Shown one piece after another: positions 51,201-64,000 of a DNA stretch of 64,000 nucleotides. Position numbers and translations under genes: made by a program. How positions within the stretch are numbered: position 1 is the first letter of the stretch; the number at the start of each line of letters is the position of its first letter. The notes under the pieces were generated by a model that was given only the letters and a program-made list of their open reading frames with translations, made no database searches and had not been told where the DNA came from. The stretch is from Catajapyx aquilonaris (Eukaryota), in assembly GCA_000934665.2 (NCBI GenBank), contig KZ538357.1, positions 1 to 64,000 on the forward strand. Direction: 5' to 3'.

Positions 51201-53431
51201 TGGTCCAGGACCAGGCTCACACCTCGGCGCTCCTTTGGTCGGCCTCGCTGTGTGGCAGAAAGGGCAGGCTTCTTTTGTTCTGGGCGCTGACCCTTTTGAT
51301 CGCTGTCCTCGTCTGAGCATGGTTGGTCGGATTTGCGGACGTACACCTGGAGGGCTTCGGTTTCTTTTGTGGTACTTAGAAGCTGTTGGACAGTTTGGCT
51401 TAGATTTGCCACGCTTCGACGGGGTGCAGCTTGGCCTTCCATCCTAGGGAAAAGTTAAGAGAATAGAATGATAATAGTGACTGTACTGCACTTCTTTTAG
51501 AAGCTTCAGTTACACCAGTTTACGTTTGACATTCCTGTACCACTTATTGTGTCACTAATTGCGGAGGTTTTATAGTACAGTATAATGCATCATTTTCTTT
51601 ATGTTTTATGGTGAATAAGAGTTAAACTAAACAAGAAATATTATCCCAAGAAATTACATGAAACCATCTTTACTATGTAGTAATGCCGCACAACATGATT
51701 TCTTGATTTGCTACATTCGGTTATATTAAATATACAGTAGAACCCCGATTATCCGACCTCTGATTATCCGACCGTCCCTCTCCGGCAATAAATCTATGTT
51801 TTCTCATGAAATACTGTAAAGTTCTACGCATTCGTTTATTTTGCATACAGAGTACAGTAGAGTGTGTGTGTGAAAGAAAAAATATTTCTTAGAAAACCAT
51901 AATATTTACGTCAAAAAAACATTTTTATATGTTTTTGTTGCGCTTTATGAAAGTTTTTTTACTCCTCTGATATTATCCGACCTTTTCGGTTATCCGATAA
52001 TGCCACAGTCCTGTGGGTGACGGATAATCGGGGTTCTACTGTTCTTACAAGGGACCTTTCCGGAGTGATAATAACGGATCCAAATGAAACTGAACATGCT
52101 AATAAAGGACAATATATGACAACCAAAAATGAAGTAATTTCGTGCGGAGGTCCATATTTGCAAAAGTTACGGCGTGTTAAAATGCCAAAAATAGCACATT
52201 TTCATACACAATGGGATTACGTTAAGGACCACGTATAATGACATTGAAATATCTAATCAGATTTATTGTACCAAATTCACATTATTTAACTGTCATACAG
52301 TACAATGTTTATGAAGAAATACATTTAGGTGATTCTGTATTTAATAATCCATTCATTAAAAAGTGAACTGTACGCAGTATGTGTAAATATATTGTATGCC
52401 AGTGAAATAATGTGAATTTGGTACAATAAAACTGATTACATACTTCAATGTCATTATATGCAGTCCCTAACGTAATCCCATTGTGTATGAAAATGTGCTA
52501 TTTTTGTCACTTTAATACGTCATAACTTTTGCAAATATGGGCCTCAGCAAGAAATTACTTAATTTTTGGTTATCATATACTGTCCTCTATAGTATGTTCA
52601 GTTTCATCTGGATCTGATATTATCACCCAGGAAAGGTCCCTTTAGTATTTCCTCATCTATAGTGTGATAAAGACTGCGTGATAACCATCAACCAAGATAC
52701 ACGCAATAAACTTAAAAAATGAAACTAAAATAAGGGCAAATATTTTGTGCACAACTTGACTTACTTCTCAACAGGATAAAATTAGTTTTACCTTGTGACG
52801 TATACATCTCAATATCATTATGGCAATAAATTATGACAATAAAACTTAACTAGTAATGCTTTTTAGAGACTGCTGTGCTGAAAGATTAGGCTCTTTACGG
52901 GCCAAGTATAAAAGCAAATTAACTGTATAGTTTTTGTTTTACATCTTGAGCTAGTCTAGCTGCAGTACTTGCTCCATAATGAATAGAATCTGATTTAGAA
53001 AAATATGTTGTGAAATTAAAAAGTGATAATTTTTGTTTGAGAATTGATAAGTTGAAGAAATTAAAGTTTCCATTGCAATAATATGATAATAATTTTTTAA
53101 AAAGTGAGTACCTCTTTCATACGTCTGTGTATATAAAGAAAGGAGAAGTGTGCTCATACCTGGACCTGCTCCTGGAAGTCCTTCCACTTCCTTTCTTGAA
53201 CACCACGCCCTTTTGACTGAGGGCCGGAGTCAGCACCTTGTGATCATCATCCATCACTCTTTCACGCCTTCGAAGGGGCCTGCTTCCTTTGTTCTCTTCA
53301 AGGTCACTCTTGGCAGGGCCCGTCACCGAGCTTTTCTCCTGGAGCTGTTGGGGCCGCCTCCACAGCTCCAGAGGTGTTGTTTGGTCATGTTCCGAAAAGA
53401 GCACTATGGCCTCAACTACCACCGTGGCCAT
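48283..53431 (-). CDS. ODAD4: Outer dynein arm docking complex subunit 4 / TPR protein 25, isoform A (long N-terminus), about 781 aa
   Basis: Minus-strand exons 53431-53160, 51443-50822, 50448-50163, 50057-49788, 49694-49549, 49475-49364, 49258-48890, 48619-48497, 48428-48283, phase consistent. TTC25 signatures ALVARSKCYLQLGD..GILQKAETLYQMSMFEHALVHFHRGYRIRP..FRVGVQKAQEAI, YLNTREDFWRQHKPLY and WLCHEIGRCYL. The first exon (53160-53431) is less certain; ATG 51442 is an alternative start. Confidence 0.88.
51735..52041. mobile_element. pogo/Tigger-like MITE
   Basis: TA|CAGTAGAACCCCGATTATCCG..CGGATAATCGGGGTTCTACTG with internal TTATCCGA repeats. Confidence 0.85.
52049..52643. mobile_element. Long foldback MITE with AAGGGAC ends (Kolobok-like)
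   Basis: About 250-bp inverted arms AAGGGACCTTTCC..GGAAAGGTCCCTTT with degenerate TTAA-like flanks. Confidence 0.8.
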
Positions 53432-53762
53432 AATAGACACGGGAGGGATATCTCACACGTGCCAGTGTCGAGCTTCGATCCGGTTTCTTTAAAAATACTC
53501 TCCACCACCCCCACTCAAGCGGCCATTACTGGGGCCATTTCGTGAGGGTGGAAAATTTCACTCGATTGAAAGTAGGGGGGTGGGAGAGGGTATTACGAGG
53601 TCCAACTGCTGGCCCTGATGGGAAATTGGCCAACTTGGGGAGTTTTTAGGGAGTCAGGTCTGATTGCAGCCAGCGGGGCAGGTCAGGATTGGTGGCACAG
53701 AGGCGGATGTTGGGGGAGGCACTTTACGATGACAAGTGGGCACCAATATTGGTATCCAAACA

Positions 53763-53776
53763 GTTGCTATGGAGAC
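53763..53776. promoter_or_regulatory. RFX X-box upstream of ODAD4 isoform A
   Basis: GTTGCTATGGAGAC fits GYTRYY-N2-RRHRAC, about 330 bp upstream of ATG 53431 of a motile-cilia gene. Confidence 0.6.
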
Positions 53777-56700
53777 ATGAGGGGGGGGGGGGGAAAGGAG
53801 GAAGTGGGGGGCAAAAGTGGTCGGTGCTTGGCGGGGGAACACTTTCAGGCCTAAGCCTATACTCTTGGTCAGAAATGAGGCAATGCATAATGCGCAGTAA
53901 GTTCTGCTCACCATGAACTGTGTGGACAAGTTTGAAAAATTTAGACGAATATATGGAGGGCGATATTTGTTGTGTCTTTCAGTGAAAATCATAAATACTC
54001 TTACGATCCTTCACGAAAATAATGCAGAAAAACGAACCTAACCGAAGAAAAGACTATGCTGTAAGCTACAGTACTTAGCTGCAGTTTTGTCATAGAAATT
54101 TCAATTTAAACCAGTTTTAAACTGTACCACTGGATCGTTTTTCAAACAAGCCACACACACCCTCATTTGATGTTTGTACATGTTTATGCTTGAGATGTGT
54201 AATGGGGAAACAACAAGGTACAGCTATTCATCGTAAATCTAACATTAACACGGAATGTTGCTGGGTGAGAACGAGCTTAAGCGGATTTCACAATTTGCAT
54301 TAATTCGCCTGGAAGAGGGTTTGAATATTATGGTCGGGACGGACGGGAGCGTAGCCAAATACCTCATTTGGATTATGACAGAGATTAGTGTCCTAGAGAA
54401 CTTCACTAGAGAGCTTTTTTATTTTATTTTGAAAATGTAACATTCATATGATTCCACTGATGAATGATAACAGTTGTGTTTCCCATATGCGCAAAAGCGT
54501 AGCTGCTAATTAGCATTATAAACCGCTATGAATGTTTGAGGAGGTATAAATTAGTAGTTACAGAATTACTCCAAACATATTAATGAAGTGGTCTCTAGCT
54601 TATGAGGCGACAACTACAGTTGCTTATAAGCCATAAACTTTACGGATTGCACTGGACAGGACGCTTAAATCCATTGAAACAAATGCAAACGTGTAAGCCA
54701 AGCTGTTGAACCACCCCTGTGCAATCTTCATGGAACGTTTGCGACCATTTGTAGGAGGCGGACCTGCAAGGTAATTATGCTGTCAGACTAATGCACTGGC
54801 TTGATTTAGCCTAAGTGAGGCCGTCAGCTGCAGATTTTTCCAGCATCAGCCTATACCAAAATTACCAGCGTAAATTACTCCGCACGGTAATATCATAGGC
54901 TAATGACGTCAGGGCTCAGAAATGGTTTGAAAGGAAAATGAGGACTGCCTTCTCAGATAAAGGAAATTGTGATGGCCAGCACTAACCATCCACCATTAAG
55001 AGGTGTGAAGGAGACACTTTGTGCTTGGTACCCTATGATGGATGCCTTCCGTCCATATCTCAACATGCTGACGGGGAGAATAAGCATGGGATAGAATTGA
55101 ATTTCATTTTGAAGCATCGCATCATGGCAGAGCATTTTCTGCGATGGCCCACAAAAATGAATGGAAATAATTTTCTTCGAGACATTTATTTTTACCGTTG
55201 ATACTGCACAAATATCCTTGAATTCACCGATAAAAATGATTTCTGCAAACTTTTTAGAAGTGGACAGAGGCACGGAATTTCGCGTTTTCTTTGGTGGACT
55301 CTTGTCGGAAGAATCGAGAATCAACAGACGTATTGACGTTTCCTTTTTTTTGATGTTCTGGCTACTTCGTGCAGCTTGTCGATTGACACCAACAAGAACT
55401 GCCATAAGTCCGAGGGGGAGAGGAAGAGGGAAACTTATGAAAGTTCTAGTTGAAGAGCAACTTTGACAGTGAAATGACAGAATGCATCTTTTATACCCAT
55501 TTAATGCCACCTTTTTCTGAGCAACTTGCCTTTCAAGAATTCAATATCCACGATTTCTGTAACAGCAAGGCCCTGGATTTCTTTTTTAAAGCCGGAGGCT
55601 AATCGTTACTTCAGAGTTGATGAATTGCAACACTTTGTAAACAGTTTTCCAAAAGGTTCGACGCTGTGCAAGAGTGCTGGCCAGTGGCGGTGCCTAGCAC
55701 CTTTGATATTCGCGATTGTATACTACAGATTGATTCGGTCTTTCCTTCTTCATAGAAATAGTCGTCTGCTACCTACACATATGCGCATTAGGGCACAGTG
55801 GTTATGAGCAATAAAACTCAGAAGGTTTTACAACAGGGCATGATGAACATCAGAATATACTGCATATATGCATGACATGTGTACTCTACATGTATGACTT
55901 TGCAAAGATCATGGTGTATAACCATACTGTACAATGTTACGAAGGAGTATGTGAAAATTTAAGACAAGGAAACAATTAAAAAATTTCTATATCCAAACCA
56001 TGAGATTTGATCTTGGTGTACTCTTTTTGCACTTTCAGAGTACTGTATGTACTTTTTTTGTTCTCAAGCTCACAAAACCAAGTAACATTTACCCTATCTC
56101 CCACAGATTTATGCCCGTTTAGGCTCCACCAGTGATATTACTCACCAACATAGAAAGCAAGGGATAATGCAGGCTGAAAATAAACGATATAGATTGTGAG
56201 GCCAACCGAAAAATATTTGCACTTCCTAAAGCTTAGCTGAGTGAAGCGTGCAAACCGTGCGATTCACGAACACATACGTCAACCAAAGTGTCCTTTACAA
56301 CAGCCGACAAACTCCCAGCAATGTGGATATTGGATGAGTCTCAGCCAGGAAATGGTTCAGGCGAGTTGAAATATGTTTATAGAGGCTGGGAGGGATTGGG
56401 TGCCGGGGTTCCATTTTCTACTTTCATCACTGCTTTTTATGCCTGACAAAAGTTCACCAGTTGATTAGACCGTCATTCACAACTCCGCACCTGTTATGCA
56501 GATTGAACCATTAGTTGCAACTGTTTGTGCGGGACCAGTTGAATTTTGTTTTGGCGCTGTTCCTGCCGATTTTGAAACTTTGGCTCATTTTTGGTGGCAT
56601 TGCATTGCCTTTATAGCGGTGCAGTTTCCTGGATATGTGACATAACCATAGCGTATCTGGCTTAACAAAAGTGGACTGAGATCCCTATCATTAAAAATAT

Positions 56701-58975
56701 CTCATTAGACATACCGGTATGGGAATTTATTATGATAACCTGAGAGCCATTCACCATAATGAATGTGTCACAGTTGTACAGTATACATGTACACTTGCAT
56801 GAGCATCTTGCATTATGTATTTGATAACAAACATTAAGTAATGTCTTCTTGAGGCAAGACCTTTCATTGTTACTTCCTGCAATCGTACAAGAAACTATCT
56901 GAAGCAGTTATCGATATTTTGGTATTAAGCTGCCTATTTCAATCACTTGTCTCCGAACAGTAAAGAGTACTAAAATACTAAAGTTCCACGTATATTGTTG
57001 AATAAATTATTGAATGTGTTCATCTCTGCAGGTCTGGCATACAATATATTATAGCATATACGTGCGAATGGTTCCAAGTCAGTTATTCTGAGTGTCTATA
57101 GCCTACATCAGTAAATCTCCCGATACTGTAATTCAGGATTTGAGGTCTGTTGCAATTCCATATTAGCTGTTTTTATTGTACTATCCCATAAATCAAGAGA
57201 TAATAATAATGTAACTGCACAAAAATAAGATTATTAACAAGGAGCTGACTGCCATTTTAGCCATTAGTTGGAACATCCAGTAAGTAAGTGGAAAGTTAGC
57301 ATTAAAATTTTACACTGGTACGTCTTTACTAAATTACGATGTGAACTACACTACTTAACATATTCTCATACTTATTGTTTCAATTTTCAGACACCCTGTA
57401 CCATTATTCTCACTAGAAATTCCTCTAAAGGGCAATATTATTCCATCCAGACAGAATAAGGAAAATGTTTGCTTTGAGGAGTAGCTCGGTGCCTATCTAG
57501 CACAAATCCGTCGACATGGCGAGAAGTGCCACCTGGCCTTTGGAGTTAACAAAACAGCCTGCAATTTATACCACTTGAGAACGCTGATACGAGGATACTA
57601 CGAAACCATTCCATAAGGATTTCAGTTTTCAGCCCCATGAATTTTCTGCTGACAGCATTAGACTAGTATCCATTTTCTCAGGATATCTATTCTTCTCAAT
57701 TTCAGTACACCGGAAAAAGCCACTGCCATCTTCTGGCCGAACCTGCACACACCCGATGCCGGCAGGTGAGTGCTACCATCTACCAGTCCTCGAAAATACA
57801 AGTCACTCGATTGCCCCTCCACCCCCTTCCTCCAGCTGGGAGGAAATAGGGGAAAGGGCTGGTGGAAATCAATATCATAAGACGGTTGGGGGACTATTCA
57901 GTGGTGGAGTTAAAGGGGTGAGGGGGGTGGTCTGCAAATTTTCACTCGGAATGGGGCGTTGACGAGTCTTCTGGAGTACAGAACACCCCATTCACAACAC
58001 ACTTTTAATTAATCGAAGGGAAACGAAAAGCAGGCCACTTGAATGGGGGGGGNNNGGGGGGGGGGGGGGGCGTCTGGAACCGGAACTTTTGAGTCGAGGG
58101 AAAAGCAGCAGGGCCTCCTAGTTTATAGGGTTCAAAATTAATCGAGAGGCAGGTAATTAAGAGAAAACATTACCAAGAGTTTTGGTGCCAGCCTGGCAGA
58201 ACCTTTTCAACCAAATAGAAATCAAATTCAATCGCAAGACGCCCTTCCGTCAAGAAAGACGTCTGATTATAACTTCCAGCACTTCATGCTGCACTTTTAC
58301 AAGAAAATTACTGGAAAATTGGTATTTGCATATGAGGTGTGCCGAAGTTTTTAAAATTCTGCAGTTTCGGAAACAGTGCACCAAAATTTTTTTTTAAAAG
58401 TTTGCAATAATTTAGCCTATTATTATAAGAAAGTAATATGAGAATGTACAGAATAATACTGCGCTGATAGTATCAGCTTCACTATTGCAAATTCTGTAAA
58501 AATGATTTGATCCTGGCTTGTATGCAACCGCACCTTTGTATCACGGGGAGTGTAACTCGCAGGCGCACGGAAGTGTAGAATAATATTCTGATGGGAACGA
58601 ATTTTTCAGTCGTTAGACAGCATAATTGCCCCCTTTTGCCTGATGGGATGGAATAAATTGCGGGAGAGGAGGGGGAGGATGTTTGAGGAGAGGTTGGTGA
58701 CCACAGTACCGTGTCAATTTATGGGTTCAATAACTACTCCATAGCCATGAAGGAAGTAGTTTCATTGCGGTTGCGTTATTCTTACACTTAGAATTAGCTT
58801 TTCATACGTGACTTAATATTTTCACACTGGTAGCTCTAGGTCTGAAGTTGGTTTAAGCATAATTTGATCTGAGTTATGTCTAAGCTTCAAAGTGTTTTAT
58901 AAAATTCGAATTTGGGTTTCCACCGAATGAGGGTACGGAAAAGGCTAAATACATTGCATCCTGAAAGTACTGACA

Positions 58976-59075
58976 ATATGGATCCCATTCTGGAGGGAAG
59001 GAGCAATATTGAACCGTCAACGTCCTATACACGCGTGTTTTAGCTTTGACAGACTGTGCAGATGAGAGATTAAAG
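58976..59075 (-). mobile_element. Decayed LINE ORF2 fragment
   Basis: NLSSAQSVKAKTRVYRTLTVQYCSFPPEWDPY resembles the post-RT motif (K..AY.TLVRP.LEY...VWDPY) of CR1/L2-group LINEs. Confidence 0.4.
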
Positions 59076-62000
59076 AATTTGGATCGACTTCGGTATTTCA
59101 TACAGGAATTCGTGGTTTGGCCCTGGGTGGGGGCAAAACCATCTTAGAATGACTTCTCGCAGGCTACCATCCATAGTATAGAGCAAATTGCTATCAAACT
59201 TTCCTTTGATTTGCCGACGCCAGACGTGCCGATTAAAACATCGGCGGCGGTGCCTTAAAATCTGCTGGCAGTGCTGAGTGTCGGTGCACACCTCTAGTTG
59301 ATCGGTGTAACGGTCAGGTGATAAATCAATGTCACACCTCTAAAAGGCGGCGAAAGTATTATGGCGGTATATGCCTTCATTCATACCTTTTGTTAACTGG
59401 TTTGGTACTTTAATTTCTTTGCAGTAAATGCTTTTGTTTTCTTTAGAAAGCATAAAAATTCAATTTTCCGTGAACTCTGAATTCCCTTCCTCCCTAGTTA
59501 ATTCCATGCTCTTAGTGAATTATTTACTTCGTGTTCCTTCATACAGATTTTTTTTTCGTAAATGTTTCTACAAACTTTCCGGATGAAATCCTGGGCAATA
59601 AGTATCCCGTTAAATGGAGGTTAGATTGGTGTTCGAAGCCTCGTTGCTGAGATAATTGTATATCCTTATCTTTGCAGCTTTGAGCAATAGTATAACTAAA
59701 TGAAGAGTTCGTTGAATTGTGTTGTTCCTTATACTCTTACAGTATTTGGGTGGTATCCCAAACTGAAGGACATCTACATACTGTGTAAGAGACTAAGAGG
59801 AGATGTTGCACGTAATAAGGCATTATTTATGCCATATCTATAATAACTGCATGGCATGACAGGAAGCAATCTGCAGTAGTTAAATGTCATGACATGGACA
59901 TTAAAAAATAATGAGCCTGCAGCCAATTACGTAGACCGTTTGCATGGGCAGCTGGGATTTTCATGGCTGCCTTTACGAGTAACTTTATATCGCCATGACC
60001 ATTTGATTGACTAAGCCTAATTAAGTATTATTGTGTCGGTCTGCAGCCCATACCTGCCTGGAAAACCAATGCAAATGTGCTGCTTACCATCGTACTTACA
60101 GCCTGTGTGACATTCCCATTATAATAGTGGTGCGCATGCATAAATTGATACACATCCCGTAATCAACTATAGTCGTTAAAATGACGACCAGGAATAGCTA
60201 CTCATAGTCACATGAGCCATACACGTGTAGCAGCACGAATGATTCTATATCTATCCGGGGAAAAATACACTGCATTTATTTCGGAAATGATCTGTTATAC
60301 GCGTATTTCATCCGCCTGATCTGCCAGTCATACCTATTACTGACCATTGCACAACTATCATTCATTAACACGAATTAAAATGCAATAGCAATAGAAGTAG
60401 AAACCACGTATTGATGTGTTTCACAGATTGATGCAATGTTTTCCAATCAAGCGCCCCTATCAACAAAAGCCACCATTACAGCATGACTTTAATTGATTTT
60501 CCCTTTGTTTCATTTGCACACGAACAAGTGAAGCTGGTCCTAATTGTTGGGTTTTCACCCTTTTGGAGCAAATAAGTTGTAACTCCTCCCACCCCCATTA
60601 TGTCTATATCCAAGATTTACATAATTATTGTAAATCTGAGCCTACACCTGAGAAACGTTCTCTTTCGCATTAACTTATAATAATCGTCAGTTTAAAATGA
60701 CCCACTCTACCATTCACACTGGGAACTTGACTTGAAGAATACCACAATACTGTGCAGTGTTAGATTGCGATGTACTGTACTAATGGTTGTGGAGAAGAAC
60801 TCTTTCACAATGTTATTGTTATATTGCCCAAATAATTATGAGCCAAACGCATGGCGTAGGTAATATTCCGAATTTATTATTTACAGAATGCATTACACTA
60901 CTGAATAATATGCGGCTCATGTATGAGTACTCGTATTAATACAAAATAGCTAGAGAGTAATGAAATGTTATCATTGCTACTGAAAGGCCACATGTGGCAT
61001 GACGGATTTTGTGCCATATCTCGTACATACAGGCTGTACTTGAACTGTCACAAGAGTATCTGATAGAATAATCATACTGTAGGCCTATAGTATGTTCCTA
61101 ATAATGCAACCCTCTTGTTTGAATGCTGGACGCAGAAAACAGAATGCATGTTCTACCTCACAATAACTACTTCAGATGTGTATAGAGAAAGGATTGGGGA
61201 AAGGTCAGCGATTGTGGTGTTTTAAAAATTCACCAGATAATCACGATTCAGAACATGAATACGCATGAAGCAATCTGTTACTGCACATGTGAGAATACAT
61301 CAAGTACTACTTGCGTTGCGACCATGCGACACTGTTGAAGACTGTACAAAAAAGTAATGAATCTGACACTTATTATGATTTTTGCATATTTTACTACTGC
61401 TAATATTCACACTGTAGCAGTTTTCAATAATTACAAGTGGTCCCGACCCCGACTACAGACGTCATATTTGGCTTAAAGGGATTCCAAAACCATCATTCCT
61501 TCATATTAATGTGAGCAGGAAATAAGGGATAATAAGGTAGTGGTCACTGAAATTAACCTAGATAGATTAGCAGTCATGCAGTGCAAAATAGATCTATTCT
61601 ATGCGCATAGCCGCATGATAACTGTCCGTTAGTCTTTTCAGAGCCACCCATTCCCAGCTCCATATCCGTGTGAAAGATAATTAATACACACGCATACGCA
61701 CACATTTCTCATGCGACTGTAATGGAGGACTCGATTACAGCAGTAAGCCACGAAGTGCTTCGGGCCAAATTCATTATCGCGCCTGGGCTCAACGACAGCT
61801 AATTAGAACAGGTTATGCAATGCAGAGCACGGCATTAATAGTAAAACGACATGGGTCTCATGCGATACACCGAATTTTTTTGGCTTTTTTTATTTTTTAT
61901 TTGTAAACACAACCATCAGGTTGTTTCTTCTGGACGAATCCATGCAAGCCAACGTCCAATTTGACCTGTTGCTCTGAAAGATCCGGGTCAGCCTTTTACC

Positions 62001-62661
62001 CCAAAATGTGCCAACCACTTGATTGTAAAACGTCCGACCCGAAATTGCACTTGAAATGTGAAGCTCCCCCTCCCCATCCCTTGCTTATTTGCATGACAAT
62101 ATTCTGGAATTGTCTGTGTAAAGTGAGGACGTGACTGCGGGAAACGATGAGAATGCAAGGTCATTAAATTCTGGGAATGCACCGTTTTTTTGTGCCATTT
62201 AAGCCCAAATCAAATTTTTATAAAACTGGATCTAAATCACGCACCCGGTTGACTTTTGCATGTCAGAGTTTGCATTCGTGTATATTTTGTACGTGTGGTT
62301 TTTGGGGGAATTGATCACAGCGATCTTGGGAAAATACATGTTCCATTTGAGCTTGCACGCATAATTGACAGATAGTGTCATTTACAAATTCTGATTGATC
62401 ACGTGAGATCCATTATAATTATAGTGGGGGGGTCAAAATGGCAAAAGCTGATTTTCATCTTTTGCCTGAAAGGGCTATCCTGACCTATCCCCCCGTGTAA
62501 AATATGACCACGCACGAGTACGAGATAATTTGTCCAACCCATATTCATCCGGGCTAATTTATCCTGGGGACGTACACCATTTTTCACTGCTGCATCGATG
62601 AGCCATAAAAAAATTGGGGGCAACGCATAATTACTGCTAAAACTGAACGTCAACAGTATAC

Positions 62662-62772
62662 CTTGTCGTATGATGCCATAGCCTCTTCATAATTCCTGTC
62701 TTTGTAGAAAAAGTTGCCTTCGTCCAGGTAGCCCGTCAGGCTCTTGGGCAGGGATATCTCCTCCTGATACAT
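62662..62772 (-). CDS. ODAD4: Alternative first coding exon of ODAD4/TTC25 (isoform B, about 520 aa when joined to the exon starting at 50448)
   Basis: MYQEEISLPKSLTGYLDEGNFFYKDRNYEEAMASYDK, then a phase-0 GT donor at 62661. Acceptor TTTCAG just before 62794 and an in-frame TGA upstream of the ATG. Typical first part of a TPR that is completed by ALELEPGNTRAL at 50448. Confidence 0.7.
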
Positions 62773-63429
62773 AGTACCTCAGAAGCCGAACAACCTGAAA
62801 TGCATAGCCTTATTTTACTTGCAACAGGGGCTCGCTGCTTTCAACCACAAAATGCATGATATGAAAGCAGAGCAACCGAAAAAAGGATGTCGTCTGTGTC
62901 AAAAGCCGTCCGCGACATTTTCCAAACGACTGCATGAATACTGACATAGAAATGCTGATGACGGCTTACATTTGCGGTATAGCCAACTGTATTTCCCGTA
63001 AGTAATAAATCAGATTGTACATACATTAAAAAATCAGATGGGCTACCTCCCCCAAAAAATTCTGCTAAAATTCATGCAGTTTGACAATTTTGCAGAAAAT
63101 GGGCAAAACAATGCGGCATGATCATGACACGAACTGACATCACACTTTCATATGGGCAAGTACACGTAAATGCTTTATCGCGGGTACGGAATACATGGAA
63201 GCAAAAAAAAGAACGCAAATGCAACCAGAATATGCGGGGACTAGCGTGTGAAATTGAGTTGGACAAAATGTGGATGTGACAGGGTTTTATATGCAGTCTT
63301 ACCCTCTGATACCAGTCGCAGTAAATGGATGAAAGTCGCCCACCAACTTGGCCGAGGATTTGATAGAAGATAGTATTTTTCATTTGGTTCAGCGAGGCGC
63401 GGCCACAACTATTATGATTTAGAATAGAC

Positions 63430-63464
63430 TGTTTGTTTATAGTAACTCTTGTTGTTATGGATGC
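63430..63464. promoter_or_regulatory. Forkhead plus X-box-like motif cluster upstream of ODAD4 isoform B
   Basis: TGTTTGTTTAT (two overlapping TRTTKRY sites), RFX half-site ATAGTAAC and imperfect X-box GTTGTTATGGATGC, about 130-160 bp upstream of a minus-strand donor (GTAAGA at 63302) that could splice to acceptor 62794. Confidence 0.4.
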
Positions 63465-64000
63465 GGGGCCGTTTGTTTTGAATCAGACCGTGCCCTTTGG
63501 CCCTAACAGTCCATTTTTCACGCAGATTTGAACCATACGTTTTATATGAACAGAGGAATTTCGAATGACAAAAATATGAAGATCGATCCTGCAGGATTTG
63601 GAGTCAAACTGTCGATATTTATGGTGTGCTAGCAGTCCGATGTTGTTTATACTTCACGTGGCGATTAATTTGCATTCGTAACTATGGTAATGATGGAATG
63701 TACTCGATCAGAGGAAACCAGGCCCATGTAATACATTAATACTGATTTGGAGTATGAAAATGTATAGTGAATAACCAATCACAATGTCCAGCTCTGGTCA
63801 TTTAATTTTGCTGTGATATGTAATTTACATTTTTCTTCATGCCTTCACGTGAACATGTGATTTTTGCAGGTAATGCGGGTAGTATTTCTTGTTATTATAC
63901 AGGGTGACTCTAAAGTCTGGACGCATAAATAATAATATTATATTGTTGGGTGTCCTTTGGGAGGGATATACCAATTGTCAACCAACAATATAATATTATT

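Noticed and set aside
54953..55510. 185-aa minus-strand ORF
   Set aside because: No recognisable domain or convincing splice context; cannot be supported as a gene.
58044..58070. Poly-G/C runs as G-quadruplex elements
   Set aside because: Several contain Ns, so their lengths are unreliable, and most sit in repeat-derived sequence.
62955..63010. Hammerhead-like CTGATGA..GGCT/AGCC
   Set aside because: No GAAA core and no closing stems.

Overview
Eukaryotic, intron-rich animal DNA, most likely an arthropod or hemimetabolous insect (inferred from gene sequences, SINE/mariner content and CpG pattern). Three spliced genes were rebuilt by hand from splice sites with consistent phase. (1) Set2/SETD2 H3K36 methyltransferase on +, 1266-26166, 15 coding exons, 2126 aa, with a GC-AG intron inside the SET domain. 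(2) A complete p75NTR/NGFR-type TNF receptor on +, 29076-41718, 413 aa (signal peptide, 4 CRDs, p75-type TM, death domain). (3) The ciliary TPR gene ODAD4/TTC25 on -, apparently with two alternative 5' ends, each with its own RFX X-box. Introns carry many mariner/Tc1/pogo/hAT-type MITEs and tRNA-derived SINEs. Most notable: the invertebrate p75 receptor, its adjacency to SETD2 (recalling vertebrate SETD2-NRADD), the dual-N-terminus TTC25, a possible upstream cistron abutting the Set2 ATG, and two back-to-back perfect hairpins in the Set2-p75 interval. All calls are by eye; nothing was searched or computed.
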